Positions 21,068 to 30,610 of a stretch of DNA of 64,000 nucleotides are shown here, in pieces. Origin of the DNA: an uncultured Vibrio sp. Lineage in GTDB: Bacteria > Pseudomonadota > Gammaproteobacteria > Enterobacterales > Vibrionaceae. A model generated the notes under the pieces. The model saw nothing but the letters and a program-made list of their open reading frames with translations, made no database searches and was not told where the DNA came from. The translations under genes were made by a program, and so were the position numbers. Every line of letters starts with the position of its first letter. Positions within the stretch are counted from its first letter, which is position 1. The stretch is from the NCBI RefSeq assembly GCF_947488985.1, contig NZ_CANLBV010000008.1, positions 13,505-77,504 of the forward strand, read 5' to 3'.

Positions 21068-21292
21068 AGAGATCCCCAACTCGCTCGTTCCTCACTATTG
21101 GGAATCCGGGTAGGTTTCAGTTACCGAGTTAGTACATGACACTAAAGGAGCTGATAATGGGATAACTTTGGCCGTTATTTTCGATAGCGACGAAGGAGCG
21201 TAGTCAGAAATCTAGTCTTGCGAGACGATTTAGAACAAGCTGCGTATAACCGTCATTCCCTAGACTGACGAAGGAAGGAGTAGGGAATCTCT
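21068..21292. repeat. Cluster of three ~43-bp palindromic REP/dRS3-like units (A 21068-21110 minus; B 21172-21215 plus, degenerate; C 21250-21292 plus)
   Basis: C: ATTCCCTA...TAGGGAATCTCT. A on the minus strand: ATTCCCAA...TTGGGGATCTCT. Both are ATTCCC-N22-GGG(A/G)AT. B shares the loop GACGAAGGA and the end GAAATCT. Confidence 0.7.
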
Positions 21293-21362
21293 TTCAGTAA
21301 ACACCAAACTATCGCAATAAAAAAAGAATTGACGCAAAACGCCAACCCTTCAATCATTTTTA

Positions 21363-21439
21363 CGAATCTCGAATCTCGAATCTCGAATCTCGAATCTCGA
21401 ATCTCGAATCTCGAATCTCGAATCTCGAATCTCGAATCT
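21363..21439. repeat. Perfect heptanucleotide tandem repeat (CGAATCT)11
   Basis: 77 bp, 11 exact units, directly abutting the yacG stop codon at 21440. Confidence 0.97.
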
Positions 21440-21637
21440 TTAGTACTGGTCTTCTGACCAACCGTCACTGTCAGACATGTCTGGTGCGCCAGCGATACTG
21501 TTCTCTTCGTCTGCCCACTCGCCAAAATCAATCATCTGACATTGCTTACTGCAAAACGGGCGATATGGACTTTGTTCGCCCCATTCAACGTCAGCATTAC
21601 ATTGAGGGCATTTTACGATGGTGATTTTTTTCGACAT
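21440..21637 (-). CDS. yacG: DNA gyrase inhibitor YacG
   Basis: CPQC...[17 protein letters not shown] zinc finger; 65 aa from ATG21637. Confidence 0.96.
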   Translation of the reverse strand: MSKKITIVKCPQCNADVEWGEQSPYRPFCSKQCQMIDFGEWADEENSIAGAPDMSDSDGWSEDQY

Positions 21638-21717
21638 AGTGGTTCTTAATTTGAAGAATAATAAGAGTGAGTTTAGGCTCGAGTGAGGACTCAAGCCAAA
21701 CAATAAATGGAAATTAA

Positions 21718-22458
21718 TCAGCTGCAGATAGCCAATTCAAATTCGATGTCTTGAGTGCAGGCTTGTCCGGTCTCAAAGCTCATGAACTTAACCGCAAAAC
21801 GGTTTTTATGCCCCGAGATCATCGGGTAGGCACCGTATTGCATTGGAATCGATAGGCGAAGGATATTGGCTTCATCAGCATCACTCTGGAAAAAGCCAGC
21901 ACGCGCAACTTGTTCTTTAAAGTGCCCTGTCTCTCTGGTGAGCCTTAACCATAGTGTCAGTGCTTCATAGAGAGGTTGTAGGCTGTCCATCCACGTTTTC
22001 GCGTCTCGGATTCTTTTATCGAGCGGAAGACGTAGCCAATAATGCAGTGCAGGTAAGTCAAAGCAGCATGAGCCGCCGGGCAAATTAAAGCGTTGGCGAA
22101 TCGCGCTGAGGAATCGATCTTCCTTAAGTGATTGACCAAAACGCTCCGCTTGCATCAACTCTCGATAGATGTGGCCAATATCGTTGAGCAATGACGTTAA
22201 CATCTCTTGATCAACACCCTCAACGTTTAGCCAGCTTTTATAGGCGACCCGTTGCTTCTCAATGTCTTTTGCGAGCTCACTCTTGAGTTGGATCTGTTCA
22301 AAAATTTCAATCAGATCAAAGATCGAGCGGAAAAAGAGTTGGTACTGTTGAGCATCGGAAAAGGTCGAAGATAGGTGCAGCTGCCTCAAGAGTGATTCAA
22401 CCCTTAAGTAGATCCGTGTCTTCTCGTTTAGTGGATGTTCAAATTTGTGGGTGATCAT
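21718..22458 (-). CDS. zapD: Cell division protein ZapD
   Basis: [40 protein letters not shown]. Confidence 0.96.
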   Translation of the reverse strand: MITHKFEHPLNEKTRIYLRVESLLRQLHLSSTFSDAQQYQLFFRSIFDLIEIFEQIQLKSELAKDIEKQRVAYKSWLNVEGVDQEMLTSLLNDIGHIYRELMQAERFGQSLKEDRFLSAIRQRFNLPGGSCCFDLPALHYWLRLPLDKRIRDAKTWMDSLQPLYEALTLWLRLTRETGHFKEQVARAGFFQSDADEANILRLSIPMQYGAYPMISGHKNRFAVKFMSFETGQACTQDIEFELAICS

Positions 22459-22484
22459 TAAGCAAGCCTTTATTCAACATAGTC

Positions 22485-23099
22485 CTATTCTGACCTATCT
22501 ACGGCACTGATTGCCAGATACTTTTGATGGAGATCTGTGATTTGAGGCAAAAGTTCTTGGTTTTTTGTATGGTTTTCGATCACATCATCGGCAACGGCTA
22601 AGCGCTGCTCTCTTGAGGCCTGTGATTTTAAAATGGCGGTGACTTGTTCTTTTGAAACATGGTCACGGCTCATCGTTCGCTCTATTTGCACATCGGTAGG
22701 CACATCAACAATTAATACGCGATCCGCCATACCTTGCATTTGATTTTCAATCAACAGCGGTGCGACGAGTAAACCATACGGGGAGGTGATTTTAGACAGG
22801 TCGCGGTCAATTTTGTCACGGATCATGGGATGAAGAAGATCATTCAGCCACTGTTTCTGTTTAGGATCTGAGAAGATTAATTCACGCAACCGACTTCGGT
22901 TTAGCGTGCCATCTTCCAGTAAGATCGTTTCACCAAAATGCGCGCTAATCTGATGTAGCCCCTCACTGCCGACTGCCACGACTTCACGTGCCACGATATC
23001 AGCATCAACAATATCAATATTAAAATGTTCATTGAACAGGTTAGCAACCGTGGTTTTGCCACTGGCAATGCCACCGCTGAGCCCAATAATGATAGCCAT
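22485..23099 (-). CDS. coaE: Dephospho-CoA kinase
   Basis: IIGLSGGIASGKTT P-loop, DADIVAREVV; start at ATG23099. Confidence 0.97.
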   Translation of the reverse strand: MAIIIGLSGGIASGKTTVANLFNEHFNIDIVDADIVAREVVAVGSEGLHQISAHFGETILLEDGTLNRSRLRELIFSDPKQKQWLNDLLHPMIRDKIDRDLSKITSPYGLLVAPLLIENQMQGMADRVLIVDVPTDVQIERTMSRDHVSKEQVTAILKSQASREQRLAVADDVIENHTKNQELLPQITDLHQKYLAISAVDRSE

Positions 23100-23101
23100 G
23101 A

Positions 23102-23971
23102 TTAATTCCCCAATACTGAAGTGAAATACCAGCCCATGATGTCGTTGCCCCACATCAGGCTCACCCAACCTGCAATGGCAAGGTAGGGGCCAAACGGAAA
23201 GGCCTTATCTATGCCTTGCTGTTTTAAACGCAGTTGGATCAAGCCAAATACCAAACCAACCAGCGACGATAGCAGGATGATCATCGGCAGGTGCTGCCAA
23301 CCGAGCCATGCACCAAGAGCAGCCAACAGTTTGAAGTCGCCATAGCCCATGCCTTCTTTGCCGGTCAGGAGTTTGAACAGCCAGTACACAGACCACAGTG
23401 CCAGGTAGCCAGCCATTGCGCCGACCACAGAGTCTTGCAGAGATACTGGGCTGATATTAAACAGGGCCAAAGCAATACCAGACCACACTAATGGCAAGGT
23501 GATTTGATCCGGCAGCAGCATGGTATCGAGGTCGATAAAGGTTAAGGTGATCAATGCGAAGGTGAAAAAAATCAGTGCAATGGAGTAATCACTGAAACCA
23601 AAATGGCTTGCCACTAGGGTGCAAAGTATCGCGGTAAGCAGCTCAACCAAAGGGTAGCGAATGCTGATCGGGTTAGCACAGCTATGGCACTTACCCTTTA
23701 ACAACAGCCAGCTTAAGAGCGGAATGTTGTCGACTATCCTCAATTGGCTTTTGCATTTCGGGCAGGTTGAGCGTGGCACACTGAGATTAAATTTACCTTC
23801 AGGTGCTGGGATTTTATATTGAGAGAAATACTCCGCGCACTCTTGTTGCCACTCGCGTTCCATGATGATCGGTAGACGATGTATGACCACGTTGAGGAAG
23901 CTGCCGATAAGAAGGCTAAAAATGAAAGCTAATACGGGGAATAGCCAAGGATAGTAGTGAAATACTTCCAT
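23102..23971 (-). CDS. pilD: Prepilin peptidase / N-methyltransferase
   Basis: [12 protein letters not shown], two CxxC pairs, [26 protein letters not shown]. Confidence 0.97.
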   Translation of the reverse strand: MEVFHYYPWLFPVLAFIFSLLIGSFLNVVIHRLPIIMEREWQQECAEYFSQYKIPAPEGKFNLSVPRSTCPKCKSQLRIVDNIPLLSWLLLKGKCHSCANPISIRYPLVELLTAILCTLVASHFGFSDYSIALIFFTFALITLTFIDLDTMLLPDQITLPLVWSGIALALFNISPVSLQDSVVGAMAGYLALWSVYWLFKLLTGKEGMGYGDFKLLAALGAWLGWQHLPMIILLSSLVGLVFGLIQLRLKQQGIDKAFPFGPYLAIAGWVSLMWGNDIMGWYFTSVLGN

Positions 23972-24037
23972 AGTGTCCTTTACCACTTAATCAATATGAG
24001 TAGAGGTGATTACTCATCGCTGTTTAATTACTGTTGG

Positions 24038-25267
24038 CTATCCTAACACACTCATAAGATTAAAGATCGGTAAGTACATCGCAACAACCAACCCACCGAC
24101 TACGGTCCCCAAGAATACGATGATCAATGGCTCTAATATTTTTCCCAAGTTGTCGACGGTATTATCAACCTCAAATTCGTAAATCGAGGCGACTCTGTTG
24201 AGCATGTCGTCAAGGTTGCCTGACTCTTCGCCAATCATCACCATCTGCAATACCATTTCTGGGAAGGCATTGGTATTGCGCATCGCGATATACATCGGCA
24301 TTCCTGCTGCGGTCTCACGGTGAACCTCGATGATCGCCGATTCATAATGCAGATTACCCGCAGTATTAGCGGTGGTTTTCAGACCCATCAAAATCGGAAT
24401 ACCAGAGCTAAAGCTGGTGGATAGGGTTCGGCTGAATTTAGCGATAGAGGCCTTTGACAGTACGCCTCCTAGCACCGGAAATCGCAGCGCCAAGCGGCTG
24501 ACTGACAGGCGGATCGAATAAGAATGTTGGCATAATTGATGAATAAAAAGCGCGATTAATCCGATGCCCACGCTCGTATAAAAGCTGTAAGCCTGCATCC
24601 AATCGGAAAGGTGGAGTACTTGCTGAGTAAACCAAGGCAGATCCGCGGCAAAGCCTGAAAACATTGACTCAAACTCAGGAATGACCATGGTCAGCATTAG
24701 GTATGAGACGAGCAGTGCGACGCTGACCACCATTGCCGGGTAAATCAGCGCTTTCACCACTTTGGCTTTTAGCTGTTCACTCTTTTCTCTATAGGTGGCT
24801 AAGCGTTCAAAGACTTGCGCGAGGTTGCCGGACAACTCGCCAGTCGCCACTAAGTCAGTATAAAGCTCATCAAAGTGGCGGCTTGCGGTTCGCATCGCTT
24901 TTGATATTGGCGTTCCTGCTTCGACCCCTTTGCAGATATGCGACAAGATAGATTTCATTTCGGCTTTACGGTGGTTATCGGAGACCAGTTTTATCGCCTG
25001 TACGATCGGCACCCCTGAACCTAGCATAGTGGCAAGTTGGCGAGTTAATACGGTGATGTCTTTGGCTTTGACTCGATGAGTCATGCGGGTCAGGGTTGAG
25101 ATGCTTCTCTTTTTGATTTTCTTGATCTGAATATGCTGTTCTTTGAGTTTTTCACGCACTTCCAACTCGGTGAGCGCTAAGCTTTGCCCTGCGACCTTTT
25201 TGCCTGAGCTATTAATGCCTTTCCAATGATAGCTTTTTAGTTGGGACTGCTTGGACTTACTGCTCAT
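24038..25267 (-). CDS. pilC: Type IV pilus platform protein PilC
   Basis: Two T2SSF domains; [25 protein letters not shown]. Confidence 0.95.
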   Translation of the reverse strand: MSSKSKQSQLKSYHWKGINSSGKKVAGQSLALTELEVREKLKEQHIQIKKIKKRSISTLTRMTHRVKAKDITVLTRQLATMLGSGVPIVQAIKLVSDNHRKAEMKSILSHICKGVEAGTPISKAMRTASRHFDELYTDLVATGELSGNLAQVFERLATYREKSEQLKAKVVKALIYPAMVVSVALLVSYLMLTMVIPEFESMFSGFAADLPWFTQQVLHLSDWMQAYSFYTSVGIGLIALFIHQLCQHSYSIRLSVSRLALRFPVLGGVLSKASIAKFSRTLSTSFSSGIPILMGLKTTANTAGNLHYESAIIEVHRETAAGMPMYIAMRNTNAFPEMVLQMVMIGEESGNLDDMLNRVASIYEFEVDNTVDNLGKILEPLIIVFLGTVVGGLVVAMYLPIFNLMSVLG

Positions 25268-25282
25268 TGGTGCTCCATTGAA

Positions 25283-26971
25283 TTATATGTACAGAACACG
25301 CTGCAGCTCTTGATAGCTGGTGGTGCCTTCGACCAGTTTGTCTAAACCAGACTCTTGCAGTGTTCGCATCCCTTCGCGACGGGCGAGATTTTCAATGGCC
25401 AGCGCGTCCGGTTTACTCATTAAGCTGCTTTTAAGTTGTTCAGTAAACGGCATCACTTCGTAGATACCGACTCGCCCTGAATAGCCACGAGTACACTCAT
25501 TACATCCTTGTGGATGAGCTTTATAGATGGTATGGCTGTTGGGAATAGAGTGACGCAGAAAGATCTCTGGTGAGTCATCAACAACCTTACAATGGTTACA
25601 CAGTCGCCTTGCCAGTCGTTGGGCAATAATCAAACTCAATGATGACGCAAGGTTGAAGGGTTCAATGCCCATATGAGCGAGTCGAGTCACGGTTTCTGCG
25701 GCGGAGTTGGTGTGCAGCGTTGAAAGCACTAAGTGTCCGGTTTGCGAGGCTTTGATTGCGATCTCTGCAGTTTCCAAGTCGCGGATCTCACCCACCATCA
25801 CCACATCGGGATCTTGTCGTAAAAACGATCGCAGCGCTTCAGCGAACCCAAAACCGATCTTAGGTGTCACTTGTACCTGATTTATACCACACAGGTTAAT
25901 CTCGACGGGGTCTTCGGCTGTAGAGATGTTACGTTCAGTGGTATTCAGTACTCGAAGTCCAGTATAAAGAGAAACGGTTTTTCCGCTTCCAGTCGGCCCG
26001 GTCATTAAGATCATTCCTTGCGGGCGTTTCAAGGCATTAAGGTAGAGGGCTTTTTGATCTTCACTGTAGCCAAGCTTGTCGATATCGAGATTGGCAGCGC
26101 TACTATCAAGCAGTCGCAGTACTATCTTCTCGCCCCATAAGGTCGGCAGTGTTGATACACGCATATCTATCGCGAGATCGTCGTTCAAGCGTAACTTAAT
26201 GCGCCCATCTTGCGGCAAGCGCCGTTCGGCAATATCAAGTTTGGCGAGAATCTTTAAGCGAGCAGATAAACGACGACTTAAGTGGGAGGCAGGTTGCTGT
26301 ATTTCAACAAGAATACCATCACAACGCAGTCGCACACGGTAGTGTTCTTCATAAGGTTCGAAGTGGATATCGGAAGCACCTTTACGTACCGCATCGACCA
26401 GTATCTGGTTGATAAAACGGCTAACCGGGGAGTCGTCTTGGCTGAGGTCTTCAATTGAAGTCATTTCATCGTCTGAGACTTCAACTAGGTTGGCGAGTTC
26501 GTCTTGGGTGATCTCTTTACGCTTAGAGTCTTGCCCTGAAATAGAGCGGCCATACAACTTTCGTATTGCACCTTCTAATTCAGAATAGTTAGCGACAACG
26601 AGTTCTATCTGCAACCCAGTGGCGAATCGGAAATCATCTTCCGCTTGTAAATCCGTCGGATCAGCAGAAGCGAGGGTGAGAATCGAGCTAGAGACTAAAA
26701 CTGGGATTGCGTGATACTTGGTGATCAGCTCGCGAAGACCCAATTGGTTGCATAAGGCTTCGTAGTCAGTATTGGCGAGCAGCACCGATGGCAGACCGAA
26801 GATAGCCTGAATGTTATGTGCGAGACTCTCGCTAGTGAAGCAATCAAGAACGAGTAAAGCTTCGGGTGTAGATACACCTGAAGCATGTACATGTTCTGCC
26901 ACGGCTTGTTCCTGAGTCAGGCTAAGTAAATCAGCCTGACGTAGAACGGTTGGGAGGTTGGTTAGTCCCAA
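25283..26971 (-). CDS. pilB: Type IV pilus assembly ATPase PilB
   Basis: ASDIHFEP, ERRLPQDGR, GPTGSGKT, LRQDPDVVMVGEIRD, STLHTN; TTG start one base after the pilA stop. Confidence 0.96.
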   Translation of the reverse strand: MGLTNLPTVLRQADLLSLTQEQAVAEHVHASGVSTPEALLVLDCFTSESLAHNIQAIFGLPSVLLANTDYEALCNQLGLRELITKYHAIPVLVSSSILTLASADPTDLQAEDDFRFATGLQIELVVANYSELEGAIRKLYGRSISGQDSKRKEITQDELANLVEVSDDEMTSIEDLSQDDSPVSRFINQILVDAVRKGASDIHFEPYEEHYRVRLRCDGILVEIQQPASHLSRRLSARLKILAKLDIAERRLPQDGRIKLRLNDDLAIDMRVSTLPTLWGEKIVLRLLDSSAANLDIDKLGYSEDQKALYLNALKRPQGMILMTGPTGSGKTVSLYTGLRVLNTTERNISTAEDPVEINLCGINQVQVTPKIGFGFAEALRSFLRQDPDVVMVGEIRDLETAEIAIKASQTGHLVLSTLHTNSAAETVTRLAHMGIEPFNLASSLSLIIAQRLARRLCNHCKVVDDSPEIFLRHSIPNSHTIYKAHPQGCNECTRGYSGRVGIYEVMPFTEQLKSSLMSKPDALAIENLARREGMRTLQESGLDKLVEGTTSYQELQRVLYI

Positions 26972-26972
26972 G

Positions 26973-27383
26973 TTAGTTACAGCCTTCTATTGAAGGGATT
27001 GAGCTTGAGGCTGACAGCAAACATGACCAACCAGTATCCGGATCTCTTGTCATAGTCATGCTATCACCATCAAGGCTACCTTCTACAAATGAAAACGATA
27101 TAGTTGTTCCTGAAGCTGAGATTGTCCCTAATGTGTTTGACCCTGATGAAACACCTAATGCACTGACACCGCCACTAATACTACCGTCTTCTTGGATTAA
27201 TAATTCAGCTGGTGTAATTAGTGCTTTTAATGTCGCTAATGCAGAGGATGCTTGGCTTTTTGACACATAGTCTTTATATGCTGGAACGGCTATCGCAGAT
27301 AATGCTCCAATGATCGCCACCACGATCATTAATTCAATTAAGGTGAAACCTTTCTGATTTGTTCTTCTGTTCTTGTTATTCAT
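26973..27383 (-). CDS. pilA: Type IVa major pilin PilA
   Basis: Class III signal [27 protein letters not shown] with Glu5; C-terminal Cys pair. Confidence 0.95.
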   Translation of the reverse strand: MNNKNRRTNQKGFTLIELMIVVAIIGALSAIAVPAYKDYVSKSQASSALATLKALITPAELLIQEDGSISGGVSALGVSSGSNTLGTISASGTTISFSFVEGSLDGDSMTMTRDPDTGWSCLLSASSSIPSIEGCN

Positions 27384-27580
27384 TGTCTAATTCCATTGTT
27401 TAGTTTATTTCAGTGCAGACACTGGTTGATTGAGAGAATAGAAGTCGAGATGAGGAAGTGGAATGGTGTTCAGGTATGGTCGCGAGTGGTTTTGTATTTA
27501 TTAGTGTTGTGTTTCATATCGTGTGCAAATTTATGCGATCAACTTAAATAACTGTTTGAAATACCGACAATTAAGGCAAT

Positions 27581-27610
27581 AAAAAAGGCACTGTCATTAA
27601 CAGTGCCTTT
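27581..27610 (-). terminator. Terminator after nadC
   Basis: AAAGGCACTGT...ACAGTGCCTTT with an A run on plus, giving a U tail on minus. Confidence 0.8.
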
Positions 27611-27638
27611 AGCGATAAATTGTTTGTTATTCAGTATA

Positions 27639-28610
<972 letters not shown>

Positions 28611-28663
28611 CTATGGGCAAGGTCACATCTTATTATGCTAGCAGAAAAGAAAGTGAGACCAAG

Positions 28664-29221
28664 ATGACGATCAGCTGCAACGGATGGTACGACAACGCTC
28701 GGCATGTTCCTTCCCCGTATTTTGATGTAAGGCCTAGTGTTGATGATATCTCTCTATTGGTGGTTCACAATATTAGCTTACCGCCAGGGCAATTTGGTGG
28801 ACCTTATATCGAGCAGTTTTTTACGGGTAAGCTAAACCCGTCGGAACACCCATTTTTTCAGGTGATTCACCAAATGGGCGTATCGGCACACTGCCTGATT
28901 CGTCGTGATGGTGAGGTTGTGCAGTTTGTCTCGTTTCTTGACCGAGCTTGGCATGCGGGTCAGTCGAGCTTTGCAGGGCGTGAGGGATGCAATGACTATT
29001 CGATTGGTATTGAGTTAGAGGGGAGTGACTTTGTGGCTTATACCGAACAGCAGTATCAAGCGCTAGGTCAATTAACCGCCACCTTGCGAGCTAACTATTG
29101 TCAAATAACCCTCGAACGCATCACTGGCCATCAATACATTGCACCGCTGCGTAAAACCGATCCGGGCTTAGTGTTCGATTGGCACAAATTCAAACAAACA
29201 GTCACTAGGGTCAATGCTTAA
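28664..29221 (+). CDS. ampD: 1,6-anhydro-N-acetylmuramyl-L-alanine amidase
   Basis: VVHNISLPPG, VSAHCLIRRDG, AWHAG, SIGIELEG, KTDPG; divergent from nadC. Confidence 0.95.
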   Translation: MTISCNGWYDNARHVPSPYFDVRPSVDDISLLVVHNISLPPGQFGGPYIEQFFTGKLNPSEHPFFQVIHQMGVSAHCLIRRDGEVVQFVSFLDRAWHAGQSSFAGREGCNDYSIGIELEGSDFVAYTEQQYQALGQLTATLRANYCQITLERITGHQYIAPLRKTDPGLVFDWHKFKQTVTRVNA

Positions 29222-29608
29222 GTGCCAAGTGCCAAGGGGTCAATGCAATACCTCAACCGCCAATTGTCACAACCAGTGAGCAACGACCAACAGCTAACTG
29301 AAATAGCGGACATGGCTTGATTTATAGTCGGGTATTTATGTCATCAACGCTGAGCTAAATGACGTGTCTCAACACTTGTAATAGCGTGTTGTTGCGATGT
29401 AAATAAAATGGTTAAAGTTAGCGTATCAATAAGTCGAATCCATCATTGAGCTTTAAATCTGTATAACGTTAAAATTTATGAACAGATTTTTTATTCTAAA
29501 TGTGCGCTTGGTTGGATTTTTACCAAGCCAAGGCCCATTTTTTTGAAACAAATGATGTTTATCCTGACACTTTCTAGCATGACCCCTCCCCAAAAGTATT
29601 ACCTCTGT

Positions 29609-29625
29609 AAATGGTAATACCAAAT
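29609..29625. promoter_or_regulatory. Second, distal PdhR-like operator
   Basis: AAATGGTAATACCAAAT, 2 mismatches to AATTGGTnnnACCAATT. Confidence 0.6.
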
Positions 29626-29745
29626 TGGTTGCTGTTTTAAACTCCACTTGTTAATTATTGGTTAACTTGCACTGCGTTCTATGATGTAGGTCAATTTTAT
29701 ACTGGACAGTCGCGTTTTGATTATGTTAATTTCTGCGCAACATAA

Positions 29746-29762
29746 AATTGGTATTACCAATT
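29746..29762. promoter_or_regulatory. PdhR operator
   Basis: AATTGGTATTACCAATT, a perfect match to the PdhR consensus, just upstream of pdhR. Confidence 0.9.
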
Positions 29763-29786
29763 GTCAGCGAAGAAGAACAACGAATT

Positions 29787-30548
29787 ATGGCTTATCAAAG
29801 GATTCGTCAGCCCAAGCTCTCCGATGTTATCGAGCAAGAGTTAGAAAGGTTGATAGTGGAAGGAACACTGGCTCCAGGGCAGCAATTGCCACCAGAGCGT
29901 GAACTGGCAAAACAGTTCGATGTGTCTCGTCCTTCAATCCGAGAAGCAATACAGCGCTTAGAGGCAAAAAAACTACTCACTCGTCGTCAGGGTGGCGGTA
30001 CATTTGTCAGCGAAAATATCTGGAAAAGCTTTTCAGATCCATTACTTAATTTGTTGTCGTCCCATTCTGAAACCCAACTCGACTTGTTGGAGTCGCGTCA
30101 TGCGATGGAAGGGATCTCGGCTTACTTCGCGGCATTGCGTGGTACCGATCAAGACTTTGCTCGAATTCAAGCATGCCAAGAAACCATTCATAGCGCACAA
30201 GATGACGGCGATATTGAAGCCGAATCGGCAGCGGTGATGGCGTTTCTTATTGCTTTAACAGAGGCAGCGCACAATGTGGTGTTATTGCACATTGTTCGTA
30301 GCTTGGCTCCTTTACTCGAGCAAAATGTCTTAGAGAATTTAAAGCTGTTGCATCGTCGTCAAGACGTTGTGGAGAAAGTGAGTATACATCGAGCTAACAT
30401 TGTGGATGCGATCGTTTCTGGTCAGCCTGAGAAGGCGCGTGAAATGTCACACTCTCATTTAGCTTATATCGAAGAAACATTGCTGGATTTGACCAAAGAA
30501 GAGTCACGTCGCGAACGTTCTCTGCGTCGAATCCAACAGGGTAACTAG
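29787..30548 (+). CDS. pdhR: Pyruvate dehydrogenase complex repressor (GntR/FadR family)
   Basis: [36 protein letters not shown] domain. Confidence 0.97.
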   Translation: MAYQRIRQPKLSDVIEQELERLIVEGTLAPGQQLPPERELAKQFDVSRPSIREAIQRLEAKKLLTRRQGGGTFVSENIWKSFSDPLLNLLSSHSETQLDLLESRHAMEGISAYFAALRGTDQDFARIQACQETIHSAQDDGDIEAESAAVMAFLIALTEAAHNVVLLHIVRSLAPLLEQNVLENLKLLHRRQDVVEKVSIHRANIVDAIVSGQPEKAREMSHSHLAYIEETLLDLTKEESRRERSLRRIQQGN

Positions 30549-30610
30549 CCGTAATACTTCGGCTAGTTACGTGTTTAGTAGAATACAACTAACAAAAAGG
30601 ATAGACCGCC

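Noticed and set aside
21060-21300. Possible integron attC/VCR site
   Set aside because: It lacks the TAAC...GTTA(R) core ends and the ~125-bp VCR structure, and has no cassette ORFs.
21253-21531. 92-aa minus-strand ORF with DSRFEIR repeats
   Set aside because: It is the translation of the (CGAATCT)11 VNTR, overlaps yacG out of frame and has no clear RBS.
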